Source: Antedon mediterranea (taxonomy: Eukaryota; Animalia; Echinodermata). From it: 64,000 nt of DNA. Shown here one piece after another: positions 50,005 through 62,600 of the stretch. The position numbers and the translations under genes are program-made. Under the pieces are notes generated by a model. The model did no database searches. It saw only the letters and a program-made list of their open reading frames with translations, and had not been told where the DNA came from. The stretch is taken from positions 23,112,795 through 23,176,794 of the forward strand of contig NC_092670.1 in assembly GCF_964355755.1 (NCBI RefSeq). Reading direction: 5' to 3'. Numbering within the stretch: the stretch's first letter is position 1; each line of letters starts with the position of its first letter.

Positions 50005-53000
50005 GTGTTGCCTGTTATTTTGTAGGCATTCACTATTATGAAACATTTACATAATTCAGATTTTATTGTTTGTGATCAAACTATTAAATGAAATTACCAT
50101 TGAGACAACACGTAGGCCCCAATCAGCCGACCCATACCCAAAGTCATTTTGAGGAAATTTCTTAATTTTTCAGACATTGATTAAGAAGCTTGTTGATTTG
50201 GAAAAAGTGTTAATGTTGTTTATTACCATTATCAATGTTTTTCCTTGTTTTTTTTAGATTGTAGAAAATATACAGTTTCAGCTACAGCTGTGAGTATCAG
50301 TAGATTATTTGTTAAACGGAGAAAACATATTTTCCTTACTTTGTGAACTGTTGCCTGCCCTAATCAGTTGTCTCATACCCAAAGTCATTTTGAGGAAATT
50401 TCTTAATTTTTCAGACATTGATTAAGAAGCTTGTTGATTTGGAAAAAGTGTTAATGTTGTTTATTGCCATTATCAATGTTTTTCCTTGTTTTTTTGTAGA
50501 TTGTAGAAAATATACAGTTTCAGCTACAGCTGTGAGTATCAGTAGATTATCTGTTAAACGGAGAAAACATATTTTCCTTCCTTTGTCAACTGTTGCCTGT
50601 TATTTTGTAGACATTTTCTATTAGGAAACATTTACGTAATTCAGATTTTATTGTTTGTGATCAAACAATTAAATGAAATTACCATTGAGACAACATGTAG
50701 GCCGCAATCAGCCGGCCCATACCCAAAGTCATTTTGAGGAAATTTCCTAATTTTTCAGACATTGATTAAGAAGCATGTTGATTTGGAAAAAGTGTTAATG
50801 TTGTTTATTGCCATTATCAATGTTTTTCCTTGTTTTTTTTTAGATTGTAGAAAATTAACAGTTTCAGCTACAGCTGTGAGTATTAGTAGATTATCTGTTA
50901 AACGGAGAAAACATATTTTCCTTACTTTGTGAACTGTTGCCTGCCCTAATCAGTCGTCTCATACCCAAAGTCATTTTGAGGAAATTTCTTAATTTTTCAG
51001 ACATTGATTAAGAAGCTTGTTGATTTGGAAAAAGTGTTAATGTTGTTTATTGCCATTATCAATGTTTTTCCTTGTTTTTTTTTAGATTGTAGAAAATATA
51101 CAGTTTCAGCTACAGCTGTGAGTATCAGTAGATTATCTGTTAAACGGAGAAAACATATTTTCCTTACTTTGTGAACTGTTGCCTGTTATTTTGTAGACAT
51201 TTTCTATTATGAAACATTTACGTAATTCAGATTTTATAGTTTGTGATCAAACAATTAAATGAAATTACCATTGAGACAACATGTAGGCCGCAATCAGCCG
51301 GCCCATACCCAAAGTCATTTTGAGGAAATTTCCTAATTTTTCAGACATTGATTAAGAAGCATGTTGATTTGGAAAAAGTGTTAATGTTGTTTAGTGCCAT
51401 TATCAATGTTTTTCCTTGTTTTTTTTAGATTGTAGAAAATTAACAGTTTCAGCTACAGCTGTGAGTATCAGTAGATTATCTGTTAAACGGAGAAAACATA
51501 TTTTCCTTACTTTGTGAACTGTTGCCTGTTATTTTGTAGGCATTTTATATTATGAAACATTTACATAATTCAGATTTTATGGTTTGTGAATAAGATATTA
51601 AATGAAAGTAGTATTGAGACAACATGTAGACCCCAATCAGCCGGCCCATACCCAAAGTTATTTTGAGGAAATTTTTAAATTTTTCAGACATTAATTAAGA
51701 AGCATGTTGATTTAGCAAAAGGGTTAATGTTGTTTATTGCCATTATCAATGTTTTTCCTTGTTGTTTTTAGATTGTAGAAAATATACAGTGTTAGCTACA
51801 GCTGTGAGTAGATTATTTGTTAAATGGAGAAAACATATTTTCCTTACTTTGTGAACTGTTGCCTGTTATTTTGTAGACATTTTCTATTATGAAACATTTA
51901 CATCATTCAGATTTTATGGTTTGTGAATAAAATATTAAATTAAATTAGCATTGAGACAACATGTAGGCCCCAATTAGCCGACCCATACCCAAAGTCATTT
52001 TGAGGAAATTTCTTAATTTTTCAGACATTGATTAAGAAGCTTGTTGATTTGGAAAAAGTGTTAATGTTGTTTATTGCCATTCTCAATGTTTTTCCTTGTT
52101 TTTTTTTTAGATTGTAGAAAATATACAGTGTCAGCTACAGCTGTGAGTATTAGTAGATTATCTGTTAAACAGAGGAAACATATTTTCCTTACTTTGTGAA
52201 CTGTTGCCTGTTATTTTGTAGGCATTTTCTATTATGAAACATTTACATCATTCAGATTTTATGATTTGTGAATAAAATATTAAATGAAATTAGCATTGAG
52301 ACAACATTTAGGCCGCAATTAGCCGACCCATGCCCAAAGTCATTTTGAGGAAATTTCTTAATTTTTCAGACATTGATTAAGAAGCTTGTTGATTTGGAAA
52401 AAGTGTTAATGTTGTTTATTACCATTATCAATGTTTTTCCTTGTTTTTTTTAGATTGTAGAAAATATACAGTTTTAGCTACAGCTGTGAGTATCAGTAGA
52501 TTATTTGTTAAACGGAGAAAACATATTTTCCTTACTTTGTGAACTGTTGCCTGCCCTAATCAGTCGTTTCATACCCAAAGTCATTTTGAGGAAATTTCTT
52601 AATTTTTCAGACATTGATTAAGAAGCTTGTTGATTTGGAAAAAGTGTTAATGTTGTTTATTGCCATTATCAATGTTTTTCCTTGTTTTTTTTTAGATTGT
52701 AGAAAATATACAGTTTCAGCTACAGCTGTGAGTATCAGTAGATTATCTGTTAAACGGAGAAAACATATTTTCCTTACTTTGTGAACTGTTGCCTGTTATT
52801 TTGTAGACATTTTCTATTATGAAACATTTACGTAATTCAGATTTTATAGTTTGTGATCAAACAATTAAATGAAATTACCATTGAGACAACATGTAGGCCG
52901 CAATCAGCCGGCCCATACCCAAAGTTATTTTGAGGAAATTTCTTAATTTTTCAGACATTGATTAAGAAGCATGTTGATTTAGGAAAAGGGTTAATGTTGT

Positions 53001-55040
53001 TTATTGCCAATATCAATGTTTTTCCATGTTGTTTTTAGATTGTAGAAAATATACAGTGTTAGCTATAGCTGTGAGTATTAGTAGATTATCCGTTAAACGG
53101 AGAAAACATATTTTCCTTACTTTGTGAACAGTTGCCTGTTATTTTGTAGGCATTTTCTATTATGAAACATTTACATAATTCAGATTTTATGGTTTGTGAA
53201 TAAAATATTAAATGAAATTAGCATTGAGACAACATGTAGGCCCTAACCAGCCGTCCCATACCTAAAGTCATTTTGAGGAAATTTCTTAATTTTTCAGACC
53301 TCGATTAAGAAGCATGTTGATTTGGAAAAAGTGTTAATGTTGTTTATTGCCAATTATTAATGTTTTTTCTTGTTTTTTTTTAGATTGTAGAAAATATACA
53401 GTGTCAGCTACAGCTGTGAGTATTAGTAGATTATCTGTTAAACGGAGAAAACATATTTTCTTTACTTTGTGAACCGTTGCCTGTTATTTTGTAGGCATTT
53501 TCTATTATGTAATATTCACATCATTCAGATTTTATGGTTTGTGAATAAAATATTAAATGAAATTAGCATTGAGACAACATGTAGGCCCTAACCAGCTGTC
53601 TCATACCCAAAGTCATTTTGAGGAATTTCTTATTTTTTCAGACATTGATTAAGAAGCTTGTTGATTTGGAAAAAGTGTTAATGTTGTTTATTGCCAATTA
53701 TTAATGTTTTCCCTTGTTTTTTTGTTTTAGATTGTAGAACATATACAGTGTTAGCTACAGCTGTGAGTATTAGTAGATTATCTGTTAAACGGAGAAAACA
53801 TATTTTCCTTACTTTGTGAACTGTTGCCTGTTATTTTGTAGACATTTTCTATTATGAAACATTTACGTAATTCAGATTTTATTGTTTGTGATCAAATAAT
53901 TAAATGAAATTACCATTGAGACAACATGTAGGCCGCAATCAGCCGGCCCATACCCAAAGTCATTTTGAGGAAATTTCCTAATTTTTCAGACATTGATTAA
54001 GAAGCATGTTGATTTGGAAAAAGTGTTAATGTTGTTTATTGCCATTCTCAATGTTTTTCCTTGTTTTTTTTTAGATTGTAGAAAATTAACAGTTTCAGCT
54101 ACAGCTGTGAGTATTAGTAGATTATTTGTTAAACGGAGAAAACATATTTTCCTTACTTTGTGAACTGTTGCCTGTTATTTTGTAGGCATTTTATATTATG
54201 AAACATTTACATAATTCAGATTTTATGGTTTGTGAATAAGATATTAAATGAAAGTAGTATTGAGACAACATGTAGACCCCAATCAGCCGGTCCATATCCA
54301 AGGTTTTTTTGAGGAAATTTTTTAATTTTCAGTCATTGATTAAGAAGCACGTTGATTTAGCGAAAGGGTTAATGTTGTTTCTTGCCATTATCAATGTTTT
54401 TCCTTGTTGTTTTTAGATTGTAGAAAATATACAGTGTTAGCTACAGCTGTGAGTATTAGTAGATTATCTGTTAAACGGAGAAAACATATTTTCTTTACTT
54501 TGTGAACAGTTGCCTGTTATTTTGTAGGAATTTTCTATTATGAAACATTTACGGCATTCAGATTTTATGGTTTGTGAATAAAATATTAAATGAAATTAGC
54601 ATAGAGACAACATGTAGGCCCTAACCAGCTGTCTCATACCCAAAGTTATTTTGAGGAATTTCTTAATTTTTCAGACATTGATTAAGAAGCATGTTGATTT
54701 GGAAAAAGTGTTAATGTTGTTTATTGCCAATTATTAATATTTTTCCTTGTTTTTTTGTTTTAGATTGTAGAACATATACAGTGTCAGCTACAGCTGTGAG
54801 TATTAGTAGATTATCTGTTAAACGGATAAAACATATTTTCTTTAGTTTGTGAACCGTTGGCATTGATTAAGAAGCATGTTGATTTTAAAAAAGTGTTAAT
54901 GTTGTTTATTTGCCATTATTAATGATTTTCCTTTTATTTTTTAGATTGTAGTTGTACAGAAAATATACAGTGTCAGTTACAGCTGTGAGTATTAGAAAAT
55001 TATCTGTAAAACGGAAAAAACATATTTTCCTTACTTTATG
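50005..55040 (+). repeat. Second ~345-bp microexon repeat array (16 units)
   Basis: 16 occurrences of AGCT|GTGAGT between about 50285 and 54985, with three ~242-bp deletion units. Unit order differs from the first array. Confidence 0.9.
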
Positions 55041-55633
55041 CCCTCCCTTAATTGATAAACATGTGTTGTTTGTAAATTTACTATACTGAGTGACCAAATA
55101 TTTTTGTGTATAAAATTCTATTTTATTAGAACATTGAATAATTAAACCTATTTTCAGATTAATTTTGAAGGTGAAATTTTTATGAAAGAATTTGTTTCCG
55201 ACACATTCCATGTAATGAAGTTTTGACATATTTTTAGGTCAAAATATCTTCTATAGTGATTTATTTATATTGTATAAACCAAAGTCACAAATATATTATC
55301 ACCGTTTACTTCAAAATTTGGGACAATCATCCTTTTTAACATAAATGTGGTGGTCAGTTTCTCCAGACATAAATTTGCAATTTTATAAAATGGGTCTCTA
55401 TCCTAAATTTAGTAGTGAGTTGGTCCTAATTTGTTTTGCTAGGCCCAATAGATCATGTTACATTCCACAAGGGGGATATGTATATTATTATTTAGGTATT
55501 TGTAAAAACACTGATTTATCTACTGATTCAATTTATAATTGTTTGACTGGAATTCTTAGTACTGTACCGTGTATCTTAAAATTAATAACTAACTCTTTTT
55601 TTTTTCTTTTGTTGTAGGTGACTGTCTTATATA

Positions 55634-55709
55634 AACCCACTGGATCTCAGAAGAGATCCGGGTCTTTAGAAAAAGATCCACTCTCCAAAGAGAGTTTCTA
55701 CGAGGGGTT
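55634..55709 (+). other. Second copy of the multi-hairpin element
   Basis: Identical to 12072-12147 and located just after the acceptor TAG| at 55617. Confidence 0.6.
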
Positions 55710-55775
55710 ACCGAATTTTAATATATGCACAATTTCTTTTTAAACATTTTTTAAAAGTATCTTTGAAACATTCAA

Positions 55776-56138
55776 TAAAACCTTGAAGTAAACAGAAGTT
55801 TATCACAAGGAAAAACTAATAAACAAAAGTTTATTACAAACCATTTTTGCAAAAGCAAAAGTGTAAAACCTTGAAGATAACAAAAGTTAATCACAAGGAA
55901 ACAACTAATAAACAAAAGTTTATTACAAAACCATTTTTGCAAAAGCAAAAGTGTAAAACCTTGAAGATAACAGAAGTTAATCACAAGGAAACAACTAATA
56001 AACAAAAGTTTATTACAAAACCATTTTTGCAAAAGCAAAAGTGTAAAACCTTGAAGATAACAGAAGTTAATCACAAGGAAACAATTAATAAACAAAAGTT
56101 TATTACAAAATCATTTTTTGCAAAAGCAAAAGTGTAAA
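55776..56138 (+). repeat. 90-bp tandem repeat, ~4 units
   Basis: Copy of 12215-12577. Confidence 0.9.
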
Positions 56139-56694
56139 GTTAAAGTTTGATTATACAAACAAAAGTTTGAAGAATATAACAGAAGCTTATTATAAAGAAA
56201 TAAATATTAAACAGAGTTTATTACAAAGGAATTAATTAAAGAAGATTTAAAGATCACTTTTATTTGAATCTGTTATTAAGTAGAATTGTAAAAAGAATAA
56301 AAATTAGAATCTGAAACTATTTAGCATAACCAAGTATTACAGAGAAGTTTAAATTAATATAAAGTATTTCATCAAGCCAATATTAAATAGAAGCTAATTT
56401 TTTTATTCAGTGAAATTGTATAATCGAATTATTGAAAAAAAGCAGACAAAAAAAATTATTGACAAAGAGAAAAGAAATTAGGACAAAAGTTAAAAATCAT
56501 AGAAACAAAAGACAATATAAAATTGAATTGTTTTTGGAATTTTAATAATTTATTTTGTTTTAGCAAGGATTTCTTGAATTGATAAAAAGAACCTAATTGT
56601 AATATTCATTGGAATTGCAGAATACATTTTAATTTAATTTGTAAACAAAGTTTATTAATTTGAAGAAACTTGTTTCTTATACAAATTTTGAATA

Positions 56695-59600
56695 ATGGAT
56701 ATGGAATTCATAGCAGTAGTTAGTATCTTTTTGTTGATTATCTTTACAATGATAATTTATTTGTGTAAGAATGTGAATAAAGAAGTTACAAGTAAAAAGC
56801 AGATTTTTGTCAATACAACTGGTAATGTTAATAATGGAGTTATGGATAAGACAGCAGAATTTAAAATAGTTGTAAATGACATCTTGGACCTACTTGATGA
56901 ATGCTGTTCAACTGAGAATGTCACAGACGAGAGAAATGATGATACAGGTAATGTCAATTGTGAATTTATGAAAGATACAACTGAATTTAAAGGAATAATT
57001 GATGATATCATAAACATATTATCTTATGGTACAGAGGTCACTTCAGAGTTTGATGATACATGCGATTTCTGTAATATTGAAGTGAAAGTAGACGACAATT
57101 GCATAACATGTGACTGTTGTAGTCAATATTTTCATGTGAAATGTGTAAGAGATGTTTTTGAAGACAAACTATGTAATTCCCGGGTAATTTGGATTTGTTC
57201 AATGTGTGGAAATAGTAATTTTGTTGATAACATGTTGGGTGAAATAGGAATTCCCTGTCATTTCAATAGATATACGATTCTAGAACCTGATGAATCTGTC
57301 ACGTCAGACTTTCCAGAATTAACGAAAAATAAAGAAAAACGTTGTAATAATGCAAAATTAAAATGTCAACAAACAGAAAGTGAAGATTTACTTGGTAGTG
57401 ATTGGATGAGAGTAAGATCAAAGAAAAGAACCGACAACAGAAAAAAAAGATGTAAAAATAGAGGAAATAAGAAAAGGAGAAAGCGCGTTATAAATGGTAT
57501 TAGTATAGAACCAGGTGTAAAATATATTGGCAAAGGTGTAAAAGATTTCTATGAAAGACGAAATAACAAAATGGAATGGAATATGAGTACAAATACTTAC
57601 AGAGAATACAACAAAGAAAATGCTAAGACGAATGTATTGGGAAATTCACAAACAATAATTGACGACAGTGGTAGGCCTATGTGTGATGTTTTGAAAAATA
57701 CAAAAGTTACACACGGAATACAACAACAATCAGGTGGTGGTTCGAAACGTTTACGAAATAACAAGGGTCGTTTTGTCAAAACTAAGAAGATTGATAACAA
57801 AAAAGAACAAGGTAATGTGGACCTGAATTTAAAGAATGATTGCGATACTATGGAACGGTTTGACAAAAATATAAAGAACATGGGTAATAATGACAATTCA
57901 GAAACGAAAACTGACGAGGATTTTAAAATGAAATGTACTGTAGAAAACGACAACACAGCGACCGACGATGCGAAAGCACAAAATAATAGCAAAACGAATG
58001 ACAGAAGTAGAATAATTGATAGTAATGGTACAGATCATAAAAATCAAACATGTGCAAGTTGTGAATTTGAGGAAAATGAAGTATTGATAATTGATGACGG
58101 ATGCAAACAAGCAGTGACTGAAAAAATTAGGTCCCATACTAAACCTAAATGTGACCAACATACTATCGATGTGGATATTGAAGTTTTAACAAAAAATAAT
58201 TTTTCGGAAGAATTGATAATCGATGATGTACCAAAACGAAAAAATACACGAAAAAGGCAGAAAACACAATCAATAAATGAATTACAAGTATATAATAGTA
58301 ATGCAAATATAACTGTAGCACAGGGTAATTTTAATCAAGGGAATTACAGATTTGGCTTTGCAAGTGGTAAACAGTGTGTTGCAAATAGTCTTGTAGCTAT
58401 TCTTTATTCTACAAAGAGGAATGGAAATGAATTTTACACCAAAGACCTTGATACAATATTGACTCTTGGAAACGAGTTGTACCGTTACATTCAGAAAGAT
58501 TCCACTATGCACGAGGACCTTTTAATGATTTCTGAACTGCCGAAAGAATTGGATATCTTGGATAACACATTTGTAATATCTCCCAAAGAATCAGTTTTTG
58601 GCATAATAGATGGGAATCTCGAATTTATGGCTGAATATGGAGCCTTGTCATTAAACCAAGCTCTTGAACAAGAATTACACCAACATGATGCATTTTTTAT
58701 GAATTTCAACAGAAGCACATTTTCTATTATCAAACGTGTAAATGGATTTCTTATATTTGATCCACATGCAAGAGATCGATTTGGTTGTGTTAGTGAACAT
58801 GGGAAGAGTATTTTACTTTACAGTCCATCTTGGCAAGGTGTGTACGATTATTGTATAAGATTAGCAAGGTCAATGAACTGTAATTTACATGAAACCGAGT
58901 TTGAACTGACTGGTGTAAATATTGAAAATAAGTGTATGATGTTATGTTCCGCTTCTGTGCTCGATGATAATTGTGAACAAAGCAACTTGGGAAACGTCGA
59001 TGTTGATGAACCTAGTACGTCTTATCAGTATAAATGTAGTACAAGATTACCAGACAAGAATATTGATTATAAAGTTAAAGGCAAAACACATAATAAAGAA
59101 GGTCATGTCTCATCAAGTAATGAATGGCAAAGTGATAGTGATATTGAAATTGTTAATGTTCAGTATGGAGAAAGACCTGACAAGAATTTTAAATTTATTC
59201 CAATCACAGAAGCACAAAAGAAAAACATGTGTAAAGAAGTAGGCATTCATTGTGAACATACCGATATGAATTGTGGTATTAACAGAGCTAGTCAGATTGG
59301 ACATCCTCTTCAAATTACGAATATTACAGGTGATGGTAATTGTTTTTATCGTGCAATTTCATACATTATTTCTGGGACTGAAGATAATCATTTACTTTTA
59401 AGAAGAGCAATTACTAATCATTTATTGGAAACTGATGACTTATTTATTAATACATTTAGTCACGAATATAGATCAGTTAAGGAATATGTGTTTAAAAAAA
59501 GAGTAATGGATAATGGAACGTGGGCATCCAATACTGAAATAAGTGCAATGGCAAACTTTCTTAATACAGATATTTATTCATTTAATGATCAACTTTTGAC

Positions 59601-62600
59601 GTGGCAATTGTTTTCTGCTAAAAAGCCGGGAAGAATAGATGATGTTACAACTGACAATGGTATATATATTTTGTACACCATGAATGTGCATTTTAATGTA
59701 GTAGAATCTGTCAATGTGAGTCAAAATAATGTTCAGGAAACAACAGGACAAGTTGATATGAATGTGACATCCCACAATAAACTGTCAAATACAGAGGCGA
59801 TTTTTTTGGTAAAGAATTCTACAACAAAGAAACGAAAGCAAACGGGAAATGAAACTTGTGACACATTTGAAGATATACAACCAAAACACAAACAGAGTAA
59901 AACTGTTGAAAGACCTTGTTCAGAAAGCAGAGTAAAACGAAAACGATCTTATAGAAATTCAAAAGAAATTAAAAAGAATCGACAGAGAATTAAACGTCAA
60001 AGTGAAGAAAAAAAAAACTCAGAAGAAATAGATGAAATTAGAATCAAATATCAAAGTGATTCTGTATACAGAGAAGAAAAGAAACGTAAAGTAAAAGAGG
60101 CGCAACAAATAAGATATGGTGATGATGATTATAAGTTCAAAAAAAGGAAGGAAAACAGAGAAAGACAATACAAAATGTATAGATGTGAACCAGAATATAA
60201 TGTTAAGGTACGCAATAAAGCGAGACATAACTACAAAATTGATTTGGATTACCGAACAACTAAAAAAGCCAACAATCTGATAAATTATAAATTTAATGAA
60301 AAATTTACGCAAAATTTGAAAGAATCAAAGAAAAATAGATACAACAATGATACAATATTTAGACATAAATCTAGACAAGATAATAAACAAAGAAATAAGG
60401 AAAAATATCACAATGATCCTAAATTTCGACAAAATTTGAAGCAAAAATTAGCAGCGAAGTATTGTAATAATTCAAAATTCAGAGAAAATGTTACGAAAAC
60501 ATTGGCAGAGAAGTATCGGAATAATTTGAAATTTCGACAAAAGTGTAAGCAGAAATTGGCAGAAAAGTATCGAAGTAATTTGAAATTTAGACAAAACTGT
60601 AAGCATAAATTGGCAGAGAAGTATCGGAGTAATTTGAAATTTAGACATAACTGTAAGCATAAATTGGCAGAGAAGTATCGGAGTAATTTGATATTTAGAC
60701 AAAACTGTAAGCAAAAATTGGCAGAGAAGTATCGGAGTAATTTGAAATTTAGACAAAACTGTAAGCATAAATTGGCAGAAAAGTATCGGAGTAATTTGAA
60801 ATTTAGACAAAACTGTAAGCATAAATTGGCAGAAAAGTATCGGAGTAATTTGATATTTAGACAAAACTGTAAAGAAAGATTAGCAAAAAAGTATCGGAGT
60901 AATTTGATATTTAGACAAAACTGTAAAGAAAGATTAGCAAAAAAGTATTGGAGTAATTTAAAATTTAGACAAAACTGTAAACTAAAATTGGCAGAGAAAT
61001 ATCGAAGTAATTTAAAATTCCGTGAAAGTGTTAAGCAAAGGTGTAAGCAAAGATTTACAGAAAAGTATCATGGTGATAAAGGGTTCCGAAAAAATGTCAT
61101 GAAGAAAAACATGAAGAATCGGGAAAAAAGGAAAACAAAAAACACTAATTTTGAGTTTGTTTTAGAAAACTTCAGAGAAACAGTTTCTCGTGGTCCTGAA
61201 TATGTTTGTTGTGTATGCTTTAAAATGTTATTCAAAGATCAAGTTATGAAGTGCACCAAAGCTAAGTACAAAAATAAGGCTTGTATAAATGAAAAGTATT
61301 TGCATATTTGCAACAATGAATGTATTAAACCTTGTCAATTTATCGAATCACCAAGATGTCGTTTATGGATTTGTTTCACATGCCACAGGAAATTGTTAAA
61401 CGGGAAAGTCCCTGCAGAAGCCAATTCAAACAATTTACAACTACACGATATTCCTCCTGAGCTTAGGTGTTTAAATAATTTAGAGCAGCATTTGATTGGA
61501 TTGAATATTCCTTTTATGAAATTAATGAATTTACCTAAAGGTGGACAGCATGGAATACATGGACCTGTTGTATGTGTACCTTCAAATACTATTAAAACTG
61601 TAAAAATGCTTCCTAGACCACAGGTTGATGATCAATTAATATCTGTAAAATTGAAGCGAAAGTTGTCTTACAAAGGTTATTACAAATATAAATTTGTTAA
61701 CACTGCCAATGTTATTCAAGCTCTTAGATATTTACAGGATCATAACAAGTGCTATTTTGATATAGCTATTAATGAAGAATGGCACAATTATTTATCTGAA
61801 GATAACATCGAAAGGGAAACTACTAATGAAAATGAAAACAATGAAGAAGAAGAAAATGAAGAAGAAATAGAAGACCGATTATGTGGTGCTACCTTTGATA
61901 CAAGTCTTCAACCTGTTGACAGGCGACAAAATTTGGTTGATGAATATTTTAATGACATAATTTGTTGTGCACCATGTGAAAATAATAGTCCTATTGCATT
62001 GTTAAGTAATAAAAGCAATGAAGCAAAATCATTTCCAGTTTTATTTCCAACAGGCCAACCAACATTCCATGATACGAGAGATGTTAAAATAACACTTGGA
62101 CGTTATTTTCACAATAGATTAATGCATATAGATAACAGGTTTGCACAAAATACAGAATTCATATTTTATGCTCAATCTTTATATGAACTTCAACAAATTT
62201 TATCAAGTATTTCTATTGCATTGCGAAAAGGGTCAAGTAAAAAAGATGATTTTAGCAAAGTTACTGTATCCGATTTAAAAAATGTTACCAAAATTCAGGA
62301 GATTTTAAAATCTGATAGGGGTTATAAATTTCTAAAACAAATTCGTGGAACTCCACCGTACTGGCAAGCTACACAAAAAGATATAATAGCAATGGTTAGA
62401 CAGATTGGAAAACCAACATTCTTTCTTTCATTCTCAAGTGCTGATTTCCGTTGGAAAGAAATAATGACGACATTGCTAAGTCAGTCTGGAGACCAAAGAA
62501 ACATTGAAGAATTAGAATGGGCAGATAAATGTAATTTGTTGAAATCAAATCCAGTGACTGTTGCCAGAATGTTTGATAAACGCTTTCATACTTATTTGAA

